NCBI GenBank assembly: GCA_964016885.1
Contig: OZ024740.1
Location: forward strand, 330,646,001 to 330,710,000
From: Eledone cirrhosa
Taxonomy: Eukaryota
Direction: 5' to 3'
DNA length: 64,000 nt
Shown here: piece after piece, positions 1 through 14,065 of the stretch
How positions within the stretch are numbered: the first letter of the stretch is position 1
How the letters are laid out: the number at the start of each line of letters is the position of its first letter
Made by a program: the position numbers and the translations under genes
The notes under the pieces: generated by a model
What the model saw: the letters and a program-made list of their open reading frames with translations, nothing else
Told to the model about the DNA's origin: nothing
Database searches by the model: none

Positions 1-134
1 GGATTACACTTGCCTCGCTGGCTAGACAGTAAAAAAAGTAATAATGAAGTAATTGATTTCTATATCTCTTTAACACAAGTACTCTAAAGATATCATGCAT
101 ATATACATACATGCATACATATATAAACACATTC

Positions 135-258
135 TATCGGTTGAAACGGCCGGAGTTCAGCCGTCGGGTTCCTGACTCTTTACCTATTAACTACTCTACT
201 ACCCTAAGTATCGAGTACTCTGGGGCGTTTTGGTCCACCTAGTATCTTACCACAATAT
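135..258 (+). mobile_element. Fragment of a PLE pLTR-like repeat carrying the 3' half of a hammerhead (GAAAC-GGC..GCC-GTC)
   Basis: Reverse complement of 12655-12765 (ctactaccctaagtatcgagtactctgg...ggtccacc); also related to 56285-56365. Confidence 0.55.
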
Positions 259-1075
259 CGTTGTTAAACACATTCACATATATATACAAATATACATGCC
301 TGCATTAGATCTGCCAATCACCAAAAGCACAAACCGGGTGTTCCATGAACATAAGTGCCTCAAAGAAGGGAGAAATGAAGCAAAATGTGGAGATTTTACA
401 TAATGAAAGCTATACCAATTTTCACAAGACATCTCCCACCCATCTCACAGTGCATGCATACATATATACGTGTATAAATATACATACACTCATATACATA
501 TGCACATACAGTATATATATAAAAATACAGGAGATATAAAAGAACAGCTCGGTATGTTCTTCTCACAAACTCTGCAAATCGCAAACTTAAACAGTAGACA
601 AAATAGTGTCGGGCAGGGAAATGTACGCGAAAGACATTAGTTAACAACAAGTTAAACTATAGAAATTCCAACTGCACCTATAAGAAATATTACCGGAATA
701 TCATTTCAGGTTTTTTTAGCACTCTGTTGTTATGTAACTGATTTCGCCAGGTCTAACATTGAACATATAGATTTTAGAAACCTGAAAATCATCTGTTAAT
801 TATAAAATCACAATTACAAGCTATTGATGGAATTGTTAATTTCGGTAAACTTTTCTAGACGTGAACCGTTAGAGTTTCTAAAAGTGTTACCGGTGTTATG
901 CCAGAAAATGTAACTCAATAATTGACCAACTAGAAACAGATAAAATATGTAGCGAGGTAAAATAGGTATTGTATCCCATTTAATCCAAATACATGCTTCA
1001 TTCCTTCAACTGAGCTGTGTTGTTGGGTGCCACATTCTGGTGACACTCTAACGAACGCAACAAGTAAATGACAAC

Positions 1076-1137
<62 letters not shown>

Positions 1138-1181
1138 AATACTGTTCGTAACTGCACTCCTTGTTTTTGTTTTGTTCTTTT

Positions 1182-1214
<33 letters not shown>

Positions 1215-1221
<7 letters not shown>

Positions 1222-1337
1222 TAACAGATTACAATTTAAGCAAAGAATCGCTTCTAGGGTTCTTATATATTTAATATATATTTATCCTTATCGGGCCCTC
1301 TATGGATTTTAGTCTTCACATTTATTATTATTACTGT
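1215..1337. mobile_element. Miniature rearranged derivative of the pLTR of the PLE at 56425-59440
   Basis: 1215-1252 matches 56428-56463; 1253-1337 matches 59352-59437, i.e. the opposite pLTR orientation. Bounded by (TA)n on both sides. Confidence 0.65.
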
Positions 1338-1829
1338 ATATATATATATATATATATACGCATCTACACCTGTATGTATCTATTCATGTATATATATATA
1401 TACATATGTATATGTATATGATGGATGCGTGTGTGTGTGTGTGCGTGCGTGTACAGATCGAGAAAAACAACTGAAAAGTAACGGAAATAGTTTTGAGTCA
1501 CTTAAGTATTAAATTCCTCCTTGACAAATGAGTATTTTGTTTTGTCCATTCTATGACGTATATATCTAATTACACTCGTGGTTTAGTAATAACCTAGTGA
1601 TATTATCATTCCTATTTTTATTAATTGTTAGGCTGCTCTTTTTCTATTTTGCATTTTGGTACCGGTATCCACTCTCGGAATTAGAGCTACTTGTTATAAT
1701 TAGTGTTAGTATAAATATCATTTCATCTTTAACATTCTGAAGCTATCATCAACATTATCAACAATCATGATCATTATCACTGTTGTGTTCGTTGTCGTTA
1801 TGCTCATAAAAAGTCCCACATTGTAGCTC

Positions 1830-2030
1830 TAATATGAGGAAGCCTCTAGGTAATAATTCGTACTATTAAGCATATTAAAAAGTACTTCGAAAGACAGAGT
1901 CACCTTCGTAAATGAGATACAAGTAACGCATTCAAGTAAATAGATGCGATACACATGGCCTAGAATGACTTTAACCATAGGATTGTTTTGAAATGTTTGA
2001 CTTGAAGCTAAACAACAGCAACAACAGTAT
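1830..2030 (+). mobile_element. Degenerate SINE-like repeat with (AAC)n tail
   Basis: Tail ...cataggattg...gctaaacaacagcaacaacag resembles 9860-9930 and 10240-10320. Confidence 0.35.
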
Positions 2031-2430
2031 TTTCATGTAAATGTTATTATCGTGTTCAACATTTTGTGTTCAGTGTTATCACGATTATTGTCAGTTACCA
2101 ACGATACAATTTATAGTGTAACAATATACACAGTAACTGAATTTAGGTTTCGATCTCGGTGTACGTCATGAATTAGTATGTTTTAAGTCTAAATCTTCAT
2201 TTTAATGATAAACGCCCTTTTCAAAAGGAATGCAAGGAATGAATTCCTGTGTTTGACACTTTAATAGTACATTTTTTATCTTGCCAGGAATATTTCGCTG
2301 ATAATAAGTGGAAGTAGTAATTATCATAAATAGTAATGCTGATAAATACATATACACGCCCGGTAACCAATTTGTTTACATACATGGAGGTTCACTCAAG
2401 GACATACGTGCGTACATAGACACATACACA

Positions 2431-2431
<1 letters not shown>

Positions 2432-2495
<64 letters not shown>
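2432..2495. repeat. (GATA)n microsatellite
   Basis: Direct reading. Confidence 0.95.
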
Positions 2496-3827
2496 AAGAA
2501 AGATACATACATATATACATATATACAAACATATATGCAAGCATATATACGCACACATACACACATAAATATAGGGACCCACACTATTGGTACACAAACA
2601 AACTCCAGTAGGTATATAGCGAATAGAATAATGTCTGAAATGTAATGGGTATTTCAAATGAGTAAACGCACACACACTCATATAGACGCCCATACACAAA
2701 AATACACATACGTGCACATTCAGATACACACACACATATATATATATAGGTACATATAAACTCATATATATACATACGCATACATATGTACACATACATA
2801 TAAGTGAATATGTGTGTGTTTATATATATGTATTATTGTAAGTATAAATAAACACACACACATGCACACACACACACACACACACACATATCTCTCTCTA
2901 TATATATATATATATAAGTACATATAAATTCATATATATACATACACATATATATAAGCGTATGTTTTCTATTATATGTATTTATGTTTTAATGTAAGTA
3001 TAAATGTATGTATACATATATATATACACGCTCATACCATGCGTTATTTAGAGCATCTCTTTTCATTTTCTCTACATAATTCACATTCACGAAGGGGGAG
3101 AGATAAAACATATCACCTAATTCATTCACTCATATGTTATTTACAAGCTCGTAGACATCGCAAGATAAATATCTCGCAATCACTTTACTGTCAGCCCACA
3201 AGGGCAAATATCTGAGGAGTGAGATATCAGACTCATGGTTCTTTCATAGAGAAGAATCGCATTGCAACATAGTTTTATGAAACGATGCAGTTTATTCGTT
3301 CTTTCATCTCTCAGGCTTAGTAAAAGTGAACAATTTCAACTATAATATATATATAAAAGGAGCATCACCATCACCATCACCATCACCATCACCATCATCA
3401 TCATCATCATCATCCATCAGCAGCAGCAGCTGCTTAAAGTCAGGTATATTTTCCCCATATCCACGTTTTTCATCCCCATGCTCATAATTCATCTGCTGAT
3501 TTTTAAAACATATTTTGTATTAAAATACATCATCATAATCATGTACATGGTGTTTATAATCTGCGTCATAACAATCATCAACGCAATATCGACATATACT
3601 TCATCATTATCATCATTAGATATATTAATGTAGATGCTTAAAAAGCATGAACAGTATATCTTTCCTGGGTACCTTAAAGTAAATACCAGCAAATTAAGTC
3701 ATCTATATTACTCAGGGAGCATTCACCACGGGATTATATGTCATGTTATTTATTACTTTACAGTTTCCACTTAATGTTTCATCTCTCCGGGTCTGGCAAA
3801 GAATGACGCTCAGCAAATATATTTAAT

Positions 3828-3863
<36 letters not shown>

Positions 3864-4523
3864 AGCTACTGCTACTACAACTTATTATTCTGCATAAAAA
3901 TCGTACCGGTGTCATCTATTTAAATCATAAGTAATATTGTGACGATCGGGTAATAATCTGAATAGAAGATTTCCCTAAATTCCTGGGTTAATTCTTTGTT
4001 ACTTTGCGTTTTCATCTATTATTGGACATACTGTTGAATGTTGGAGGTCTAATAGGGAGTTCCATTCAATTAACATATGTTCATCATTGCAATAATGTCG
4101 CTAACATATCTGGAAAAAAAACAGACGTGAACGTCCCAAATGTGCATGTTAGTTCTCCCTAGTTCGATGCATTGAACGGTTAATATATAGTTTATAAATA
4201 TGCTCAGACACATTTATGACCCGAGGTCACGTTCAAATAAATCTACGCCAATTTTTCAGTGATGTTTATTATACTGATTCCTTATCCAAGAGGATGAAAG
4301 GTAAAATAGACCACGACACTATTCGAAATCGCAATAGGATAGATGTTTTTTGCATATTCTCTGAAAGTCTGCCGATTATTTTAATATAATAATTTCTTTG
4401 TCGCAGAAGGATATGATCCAAAATTCGAGGTGTCCGTATCAATATGTTCATACCATTGAATATCACACTAATTACAAATAGACGTTAAATGAAATACTTG
4501 TTTTTGAGAGATATTTCCACATC

Positions 4524-4622
<99 letters not shown>

Positions 4623-5016
4623 AGAAATACTTTGAGTAGAACGAAGAAATAGTTATAATGGGACCTTCATATTTCTCGGAACCTAATTTGGGGAACACCG
4701 TTATAACATATAAACAACGTCACACATTTTGAGAAAGGGAAAACTAGTTGGTCTAACACAGAAGTGTGTTCAGCAAACTCCACTCTAATGAGGCTTAACC
4801 TCATTACTCCATTGAACCTGCAGCCGTGGATACATCCGATTTCCTTTGGGACTGGCCACTTGCAAGAGCGAGACTGCCGTAATCTTATTTTTCCTCCGGA
4901 GTAACGCTCTCTCCATTATGTCAGCTGGGACTACGAGACGACCTGCTCTTGGCATTCTGCACAACAGAGGGCATTCGCCGACATGGTCCAGGCTCATAAT
5001 TTTTGGGTATTATTAT

Positions 5017-5206
5017 GGTGGATTGGCAGTAACGGTAGAGGGTCGGACACCATGCTTTGACGTATAGAGTTACGGCCCTTGCCATTCTGAGTTCAAATCC
5101 CGCCGAGGTTAACTTTGCCTTTCATCCTTATGGGGTTGATAAAATAAAGTACCAGTAATACACTGGATAATTGCTGGCCTTGTGCCAAAACTAGAAACAA
5201 TTATTA
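5017..5206 (+). mobile_element. tRNA-derived SINE (octopus-type), full length
   Basis: Pol III box A-like TGGCAGTAACGG, box B GAGTTCAAATCC, body gaggttaactttgcctttcatcc...gataaaataaagtaccag, (ATT) tail. Second copy inverted at 55170-55356. Confidence 0.85.
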
Positions 5207-5469
5207 TTTCTCATGTGTTATGAATTCTCTGCTATATCTATACTTGTTGAGAACCTGGGGTTGGCAATCAGTTAAGGAAGCTTGTAGTGAATTGAAGGAG
5301 ACTAGGATGATGATGACATAATAAGGAACAGTATATTGTGCTGGTGTATAAGTCGAGAGTTGATGTATAATAAAGGAAAAATATATAAATATACTATACA
5401 TATCTATAAGTCCTCTATTTACCGATTTTCGATGTCTTCAATGATATAGAGCTTATTAAGGGTTTGTTA

Positions 5470-5576
5470 AATATATATATATATATATACATATATATAC
5501 ATATATGTGTGTGTGTGTGTGTGTGCGTGTGTGTGTGTGTGTGTGTGTATGGGTGTGTGTGTGTGGGTGCGCGCGC

Positions 5577-5610
<34 letters not shown>

Positions 5611-5646
5611 ATGGGTGTGTGCGTGTGTGTATGTGTGTGTGTGTGT

Positions 5647-5703
<57 letters not shown>

Positions 5704-5763
5704 CGTGTGTGTATGTGTATGTGTGTGTGCGTGTGCGTGTGTATATATATATATATATATATA
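5470..5763. repeat. Compound (TA)n-(TG)n-(TA)n microsatellite
   Basis: Direct reading; source of the CVCV/HTHT pseudo-ORFs. Confidence 0.95.
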
Positions 5764-6434
5764 GTTAACACGTGTTTTCTGTCCAGAAAGGTTAAAACGA
5801 TAAGAATTAGGTATTTAACCCGGCATATTAACTATTAGGATAACGAACTAAATGTATATGTCTCATAAGTTCTTGTGTTCAAAGCATGCCAGTTATATGT
5901 CAACTTGGCATTTTTTTAGTCCGGGCATGATGTGTATACCGGAGGTATATATTGTGACCAGTTTAATCTGTATTAGCCCTATCCCGACCACACCTTTCCC
6001 TTATAAATTCTGGCTTTGATCCAATGCATGATTCTATAAACATTCTCCCATCCCATTTCCACATCTTTATCATTATTTTCCTGATAATAGTCATCTTCTG
6101 ATTTATATTTATCATTATCCATATGAGTTTTATACTTTTGTTGATATTCTTCGTTTTGTTGAAGTTAATGTCACTTCGTTCTTAACGACGGACAGCATGC
6201 ATTCACGCGTGTATGTTCCTATTTATATTAGTGTATATGTTATGTTTTATGCATGTATGCATCTATCATACTCTTCCCACACCTGCTCGTACTCCTTCTC
6301 TCACACACGTATACACACATGTACATATACGTCTCAGTGTATGTTATTCTTTGCATTTTCCTGTGCACGTGTGTATATATTTATCTATTTTTATGTCTAC
6401 TTGTTTACACGTGAGCGTATGGATGTGTTAAATG

Positions 6435-6514
<80 letters not shown>

Positions 6515-6569
6515 AAAACTCATTCTTTGATTTATTCATTGAACCTTGTTTAACCTTTAAATATCTATA

Positions 6570-6619
<50 letters not shown>

Positions 6620-6900
6620 CGTAAGTAAATTAACGTAACGTAAAACATCATATTCCAACTTACCTCTATTTGTGAGTAGAGCCGACACTGTGTTGGCCTG
6701 TACTGTCCGTGGTAGTAATACCAACATGAATGATATTCTCTGAACCACTGCTGGATGCTGGAGAAAGAATAATTGTTGTTTATGGTGTTGCTGTTCTTGT
6801 TGTTTCTTCCTCTATATTTTTTGTTGATGTGCGTATATGTGTGTGCATCTATGTGATTCTATATAAATATATAATTGTATAAATAATGTATATATATAAC

Positions 6901-6935
<35 letters not shown>

Positions 6936-7973
6936 TTTATTTATGTGTGTGTGTGTGTGTTTGTGCGTGTGTGTGTGTTTGTATGTGTCTGTATGTATGT
7001 GTGTGCATATGCGTTTGTTTATATATGCGTGTGCGTTATGAAGATATGCTAGCTGCTGGCGTAATCATCATCATCATTGTCATCGTCGTCATCGTCGTCA
7101 TCGTCGTCATCATCGTCATCATCATAATCATCTTCACTATCAGTATTATCATCATCGTTATACTCGTCATCGAAACTAGCGTCTGTTTTATTTCCATTCT
7201 AGACGTTGATGTGTTTGTTGTTGTTATTGATGTTGTAGTGTTTGCAATCATTTCTCCACCGTAGCTTATTATAACTGATATTGTTTTTTTTTTTATTTTT
7301 ATGTATTTTCTTCTTTCTATTCCTGTTTCATTTTATTCATACTCTATTCTATTATATTCTATAATTCTATTCTGCTCCAGTTATATTATATTCTAATATA
7401 TATTCCAACGAGAATTATCGAACACATCCCTTCCAGTATACGTAGGTGTGGACATGTGTGTGCCCACTTGTGTGTGTCTGAGTGTTTCGCTATATGTGTT
7501 CCTGCGTATATATATATATTATATATATATACTTGTGCGTATGCACCTAAGCATGTGTATGAATTCGTGTGTGGCCCTTGTTTTTTTTAATACCGTACCT
7601 AAAAGATGAATATACAGTAATCACTATAGTTGTTGTTATTGAGGTGGTGGCGGTGCTATTAACTAAGATCTAGAGTATTCATCGTTGTAGCTGTTGCTAC
7701 TGCCATTGTCACTGTTGTTACTGTTTAGGATAATATTAATGTTGAGTGCTGCTGCTGCTGTTACTCATACTTCTGCTGCTGCTGCTGCTGCTGCTGATGT
7801 AGTGATACTGCTGCTGATAATGACGCTGTTGTTGTTGATGTTAGTGTTACTGCTGCTGATATTGCTGCTTCTATGTGTGTTTTTTTCTGATGATGATGAT
7901 GTTTATTTATTTATTTTTTTATCTATTTTTAGTATTATCTTTATTAGTCGACCCTTGTGGCTAATAAATGAAA

Positions 7974-8009
<36 letters not shown>

Positions 8010-8019
8010 TATTATTATT

Positions 8020-8112
8020 ATTCGGCGTCGATAAAATAAAGTACCAGTAATGTACTGGATAATTGCTGGCCTTGTGCCAATAGTAGAAATAATAATAATA
8101 ATAATAATAATA

Positions 8113-8165
<53 letters not shown>
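8020..8165 (+). mobile_element. 3' half of the same SINE with (AAT)/(ATT)n tail
   Basis: gtcgataaaataaagtaccagtaatgtactggataattgctggccttgtgccaa matches 5136-5190; another 3' fragment at 38815-38880. Confidence 0.75.
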
Positions 8166-8166
<1 letters not shown>

Positions 8167-8501
8167 TTATTTTATTTTATTTTATTCATTATTTATCACT
8201 TTACGTTTTGCAGCGGCGGCGGCGAAGAAAAATGAAGAGAAATACAAATATATACATAAATCAATAATGATGATGATGATGACGATGATAGTTTTTTTTT
8301 TCGGCCACAAGGGCACACGAAGGTGGTGATAATGCAAGGACGTATAACAATAAATAATATTGATGATGTTTTCTTTTATTGACTACAAAGCGATAAACGT
8401 CGGGGATAATAATAGGACGAAAAAATATACACGATTTCCACATTACGTTTTGTGTGTGTGCAAATCTGTGCGTGTTGTTGCTTGGCAGTGTGTGTGGGGG
8501 G

Positions 8502-8555
<54 letters not shown>

Positions 8556-9258
8556 CAACATTCCAAGAACAAACTGCTCCTCTTCTTCAATCACTAACGC
8601 AGCCACGACCAAAAGCCCCCTCGCTAAACACCACAGTGCCTGCCATCTTCATCAAAGCAATATCCATCATCTATTACTACTTCTACAAACACCACCACCA
8701 CCACCAACATCAACAACAACAACACCACCACCGCCATCACCAACAAAATTCTACATCTACAACAACATCCATCTACTTCTACGGCTACTGATTTTTACTG
8801 CGGCTATAACTACTGGCTTATGAGTATGCAGTGCCGTTATCTGCACTGATAGAGAAGTAGTAGTAAGGTACAACCAGCTAGTCTCTCCAGTCATTCGAGA
8901 TGCAATATTTTAAAATATCTTTTTCTGTACTTTACCATTATTTTATGTTGATTTTTTTTTTATATTTATGTATTATATAATAACATGCATAGACAATTGC
9001 TACTACACACACACACATATATGTATATATATATATATAAGTGTGTGCGTGTGTGTGTATGCGTGTGTGTGTGGGTGGGTGTGTGCATGTGTGTGTGTGT
9101 GTGTGATATAGACGAGACGAAATATTTCAAAGGTTTTTACTTGCAGAGTATAAAGTATTTATTCAAAATCTTAGATCTAGTTTTGTTTTGACTATCCGAA
9201 ATACACACACACACACACGCACACACATATATATATATATATATACATTTATATCTAC

Positions 9259-9303
<45 letters not shown>

Positions 9304-9334
9304 ATAAATATATATATATATATACATATATATA

Positions 9335-9540
9335 GTTATGTAATAAACCACATAAGATAATTATTTCATTTACCAGTGGTTTCTTGAAGGCAGATGTTGT
9401 GTCCGTCTTCAGTCGTCAGAATGAATAAATAAAATCCATGTTATTTATTCATTCTGACAATCGAAGACAGACACGACATCTGCCTTCAAGAAACCACTGG
9501 TAAATGAAATAATTATCTTATGTTGTATATTACATAACTA
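9335..9540. mobile_element. ORF-less foldback (palindromic) module with a hammerhead in each arm
   Basis: Arms 9335-9432 and 9441-9540 are near-perfect inverted repeats; the module is flanked by (TA)n. Confidence 0.85.
9365..9425 (-). ncRNA. Hammerhead ribozyme (canonical core)
   Basis: Minus strand: TTCATT-CTGACGA-cTGAAG..CTTCAa-GAAAC-CACTG-GTA-AATGAA; stems I-III pair and the cleavage triplet is GUA. The plus-strand twin at 9448-9508 has CTGACAA (G8->A). Confidence 0.8.
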
Positions 9541-9749
9541 ATAAGCTCTGTAGCCTACATAGAGCACTCTTTTTTTCCTTTTCCTTTCCGACGGAAATAC
9601 TTCATTTACATATATATATATATATATATATGTATTATTTGTATATACACCTTATATAACCTACAAAATAGATCTAACACTAATAGCATATTACCAACAT
9701 AACATCACGAAGACCTTACCCCCAACGCTTTGAAAAACGCACCTTCTAT

Positions 9750-10334
9750 TTGATCTCGTATGTTGCAAGAAGAAATAACAGCCAAATGGCCTACCATGTT
9801 ACATAGTGTGCATAATTGAAATAAGGCAGTCCTGACTATAATCAATCTGAAATCGAGACTGGATGATCACAGCTGAGATCGCTTTGTTCATAGGCCTGCT
9901 TTACCAGGGCTAAAGGCGGCATAAACTATGCCACAAAAAACGATTTGATGGTGCCCAACCTAACTAAAATACTACGAATGAGTGAATAATGGACCGCTCC
10001 CAATTCGTGTGGAGGATGCGTGTCGCCGACAACACCGCTCCGCTGAAATAAGGCCACCACTAATATCAACACCTTCACCACGATAAACAACATGCCGAAT
10101 GAATCGTCGAGGAAGCGTCTACAAGGAGGTTCACCGGGCTAGAAAAGGAAACCATATCTTACTGCATTCACATCGTTACTTATCTAATTTGCACGTTGTA
10201 TAACGTATGTTGTCGAAGATAACATTTCTAAATAAAAGACGGGATGATCGTGACTGGATTGATATTGATCGACGCCCTCCTCGATTCCTGGGCGAACTGC
10301 GGCTAAACAAAACACAATAACTTTACTTCTACTT

Positions 10335-10391
<57 letters not shown>

Positions 10392-10830
10392 CTTTCAATT
10401 ATTTCATAAATAGCAGAAACAAAATGAATACCACCCGTTTCTCTTTTCAAGAAATCATTACCCTACATAACACCCAATGATTGTCCACACCACAGAGACC
10501 ACCCATCCAGTACCATCAACATCACTATGACCACCACAGACTTCATTAAAATCAAGATTCTCACCACCTCCTTCCCCCCATAATTACTACTTCAGCAATC
10601 ATGATAATCACCCAGGTTACCGACACAACCACTCTCGCTGACATGGAAGCCAGACTAACGGGGAAACCAATGTGTGGTCACTTGACCTTCTAGAAACAGC
10701 AGCTAAATCTACAGTAAATTAGAGAGCACCGTTTCTTTATGGACGGACGTAGTGGTTAAGATATCCTAAGGAAAACTAGAAACAACTTGATCATAGCCCT
10801 GCAGAGGCTGGTCCGCCCTCGAACTAAATA
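9750..10830 (+). mobile_element. Cluster of degenerate SINE-like copies (9750-9930, 10170-10320, 10650-10830)
   Basis: Shared motifs agaaa(t/c)a(a/g)cagc(c/t)aaat and gatgatc...gctg...gatcatag...; a similar motif occurs at 13440-13505. Confidence 0.4.
10335..10391. repeat. (AGT)n microsatellite
   Basis: Direct reading. Confidence 0.95.
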
Positions 10831-11169
10831 GTTACTCTACCGCCACTACCATCAACATCAACCTAATTAATGTTACTGCCTTTTCGTGTGATTTAGCTGC
10901 TGCTGCAGACTGCCGTGGAATCTGCTGCTTCACTAATGCTTCCTATTTTCTTGCTGCTGTTGAAGATTCTACTGCTGTTGCTGTTACTGTTGCTAATTCG
11001 GATACTGCCGCGTAACTACTGGTAATACTGCTGTTGCTCTTACTACTGATGATATTGCTATTGCTATTCGAGATACTACTGTGGTTCTAATTCTATTGCT
11101 GCAGAGATTTCTCACTTGTTTTCTGAAAAGGGACGGGTATTAACACCACCACCAACATTAATGACTCAT

Positions 11170-11470
11170 AATGTTTTCTAAATTAGGCACAATGCAATCA
11201 CTTTGGTTATAGGGGAAATTCGATTATATAGTTGATTGTTGTATTATTTTATCGGACCCATAATGACATTTTGGCACAATGCCAACAATTCGACGAGGAA
11301 CAGAAAGTCTATGTAATTAAACCCTGAAGGTGACTGGCACTTTATTTTATCCACCACGGAAAGATGAATGGCAAAGTTGATCTGTCTAACATTTGAACTG
11401 AGTATGTAAAACAACTGAATATACGCCGCAAAGCCGACTGCCCACGTTGAATCGATTCTTCCAATATCAG
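11170..11470 (-). mobile_element. Degenerate SINE copies (family of 5017-5206)
   Basis: tttattttatccaccacggaaagatgaatggcaaagttga...atttgaactgag is a decayed reverse copy of the SINE head and body. Confidence 0.5.
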
Positions 11471-12548
11471 CGCTCAGATTATCTTTAACATAGTTTCGGA
11501 CCTATAAATTTTGAAGTGGCAAGATTCGATTATCAAGACCCCATTAATCCACAGAAATTAAGCTAAGAATGTAAATGAGAAGGAGAAATACAATATGGCA
11601 CTTTGCCATACAGTCTAATAAATTTACCAATCCAACGTATCAAAAGTAATTTCTAATAAGAATTTGATTAAATTTTGGGGTAGTCAATGATATCTCCAGT
11701 ACTTGGTTAATATGTCATTTCCTCGATCACAGTCATCTGCTTTATTTAAACTCAGAACAAATTTCCGTAACTAAAAATCACTCAGCATTATATCTGACAC
11801 GATAGCGACTCATCTAATATAACGTCAATCTATTTTGTTCTCGTTTAGACATTAAGTTCAATTTCATATCATCCTAACTGACAATATCATGAAACTTTAA
11901 GTAGTGGCTTGCAAAGGCATATGGGGTTGAACAAACATATGCAATCTCAATGGGAGGTTGGGGGGGGGGGGATTATATGAGACTAAATAATTAAGTAAAT
12001 AATCATCACTAAATATAACTAAACGTATATTATAAGACAAACAAATTTTAGTTTGAAAACCAAATATGTTAAACCACCTACATAAATGAGGGAAGCCACC
12101 ACATACGGGGTTTGTACACCACCACGACCCTCTTAATTTTCGCTACATACTTTTTAAAGCAGGATAATCCGGAGTATAATGTGAATTGCCATCGGGTCAC
12201 AGTGCAATAGTAAAAGACAACCGCTCGTAGGTAGTTGACACATAATAATACGTAAAATATGTCGGAAATCTTTACGAATATCCCATCGATTTAATGTACT
12301 TAATAGTTTGATACCATTTGAATTTACATTTCATTTGGTGGACACTTTTCGAATTCATACGAAAGTCACTTCATATTTTAGTTCACTTTCAACGTCAGTT
12401 TGTCTTGGGAAAATATCAATTCCTTCTCATGAAACTTGATCCCCATTTATAGGGTGAGGGATTGGTCAGCTTTGGTAAGAGATTCTCTGTGGGAGGTGAA
12501 TTTATCTTTAGAGAAGGTTTCTTTGCAGGATGGTAATACATCCTAGCA

Positions 12549-12867
<319 letters not shown>

Positions 12868-12875
<8 letters not shown>

Positions 12876-13850
12876 GTTTACATATATATATATATATATA
12901 TAAAGTCATAGATATATATGTGTTTTGCAACGGGTCACGTTGTGGCTGAATGGAAGAATTAATAAATTAAATAATCAGTGCTATATATCATAAAACATGT
13001 CTATAGAATCAACAGATAAAATATATACCGTTTCTCTCCGAATCAGCATAATTAACCATATAAAAAATCAATTAGACCAAGCTATAAGAATAAAGGCTCC
13101 TATGAAGAAATCTCCGACAAATAACCTAAAGCAGCCCCTTCGCGGCGGTGACGACGGAGTATTTATCGAATATTTCGACAGCATGTAAAACCGACCAGAT
13201 ATACAGTCAACCAAACAGAATTAGGTGTAAAATAAACTAGAAGAAATGTGTACATATTTAAATATCTCTACCATGGTTTCGTCCGCATTTTAAGACATCC
13301 AATAACAAGGGATATCTAGAGCTTCGGATTCTTCTGGAGTTAGCTCAAATTTAGACAATTAATTTTCCAAAGTGATTGCGACAAGAATACATTCAAAACT
13401 GGCTAAGAATCGTGACGTGGCAGCGGTCAAGTTAGAAAGGATGTGACTAGTTGCTTACGGCTGGTAGGCTTTTTACTAGAAAGCACAGCCCAATACAGCC
13501 AAATTGTATCTTAACCTAACGGGAGATTATTACATATAAAGGTTTACATATATATATATATATATAAAGTCATAGATATATATGTGTTTTGCAACGGGTC
13601 ACTTTGTGGCTCAATGAAGAATTAATAAATTAAATAATCAGAGCTATATATCATAAAATATGTCTATATCATAAAACATGTCTATAGTCGGAAGCGCCGC
13701 GAAGGGGCTGCTTTCGGTTATTTGTCGGAGATTTCTTCATAGGAGCCTTTATTCTTATAGCTTGGTCTAATTGATTTTTTATATTGTCAATAATGCTGAT
13801 TCGGAGAGGAAACGGTATATATTTTATCTGGTGATTCTATAGACAAGTTT
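12868..13850. mobile_element. ORF-less module: ~666-nt monomer, partial tandem copy, then inverted copy
   Basis: 12871-12997 repeats at 13537-13670; 13695-13850 is the reverse complement of 12990-13145; (TA)n on both sides. Confidence 0.8.
13265..13340 (-). ncRNA. Hammerhead-like motif with extended stem II and CAGAAGA core
   Basis: Minus strand: CTC-CAGAAGA-aTCCG...AGATATCC..GGATGTCT...CGGAc-GAAAC-CATG-GTA-GAG. Confidence 0.6.
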
Positions 13851-13852
13851 TA

Positions 13853-13941
<89 letters not shown>

Positions 13942-13960
13942 AGAAATTCCAAAACCAATG

Positions 13961-14007
<47 letters not shown>

Positions 14008-14026
14008 AGAAATTCCAAAACCAATG

Positions 14027-14065
<39 letters not shown>

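Noticed and set aside
4720-5000. GC-richer segment with 70-aa ORFs on both strands
   Set aside because: No convincing splice sites or recognisable domain; possibly an old TE fragment.
5017-5110. tRNA gene
   Set aside because: The A/B boxes continue into a SINE body present in several copies; no clean cloverleaf.
5415-5838. ORFs of [12 protein letters not shown] type here and throughout the window
   Set aside because: Translations of (TG)n, (CA)n and (TA)n microsatellites.
13020-13052. CTGATTC-GGAGA-GAAAC-GGTA motif (minus strand; twin at ~13795)
   Set aside because: No stem II and core positions 8-9 are wrong; not counted as an HHR.
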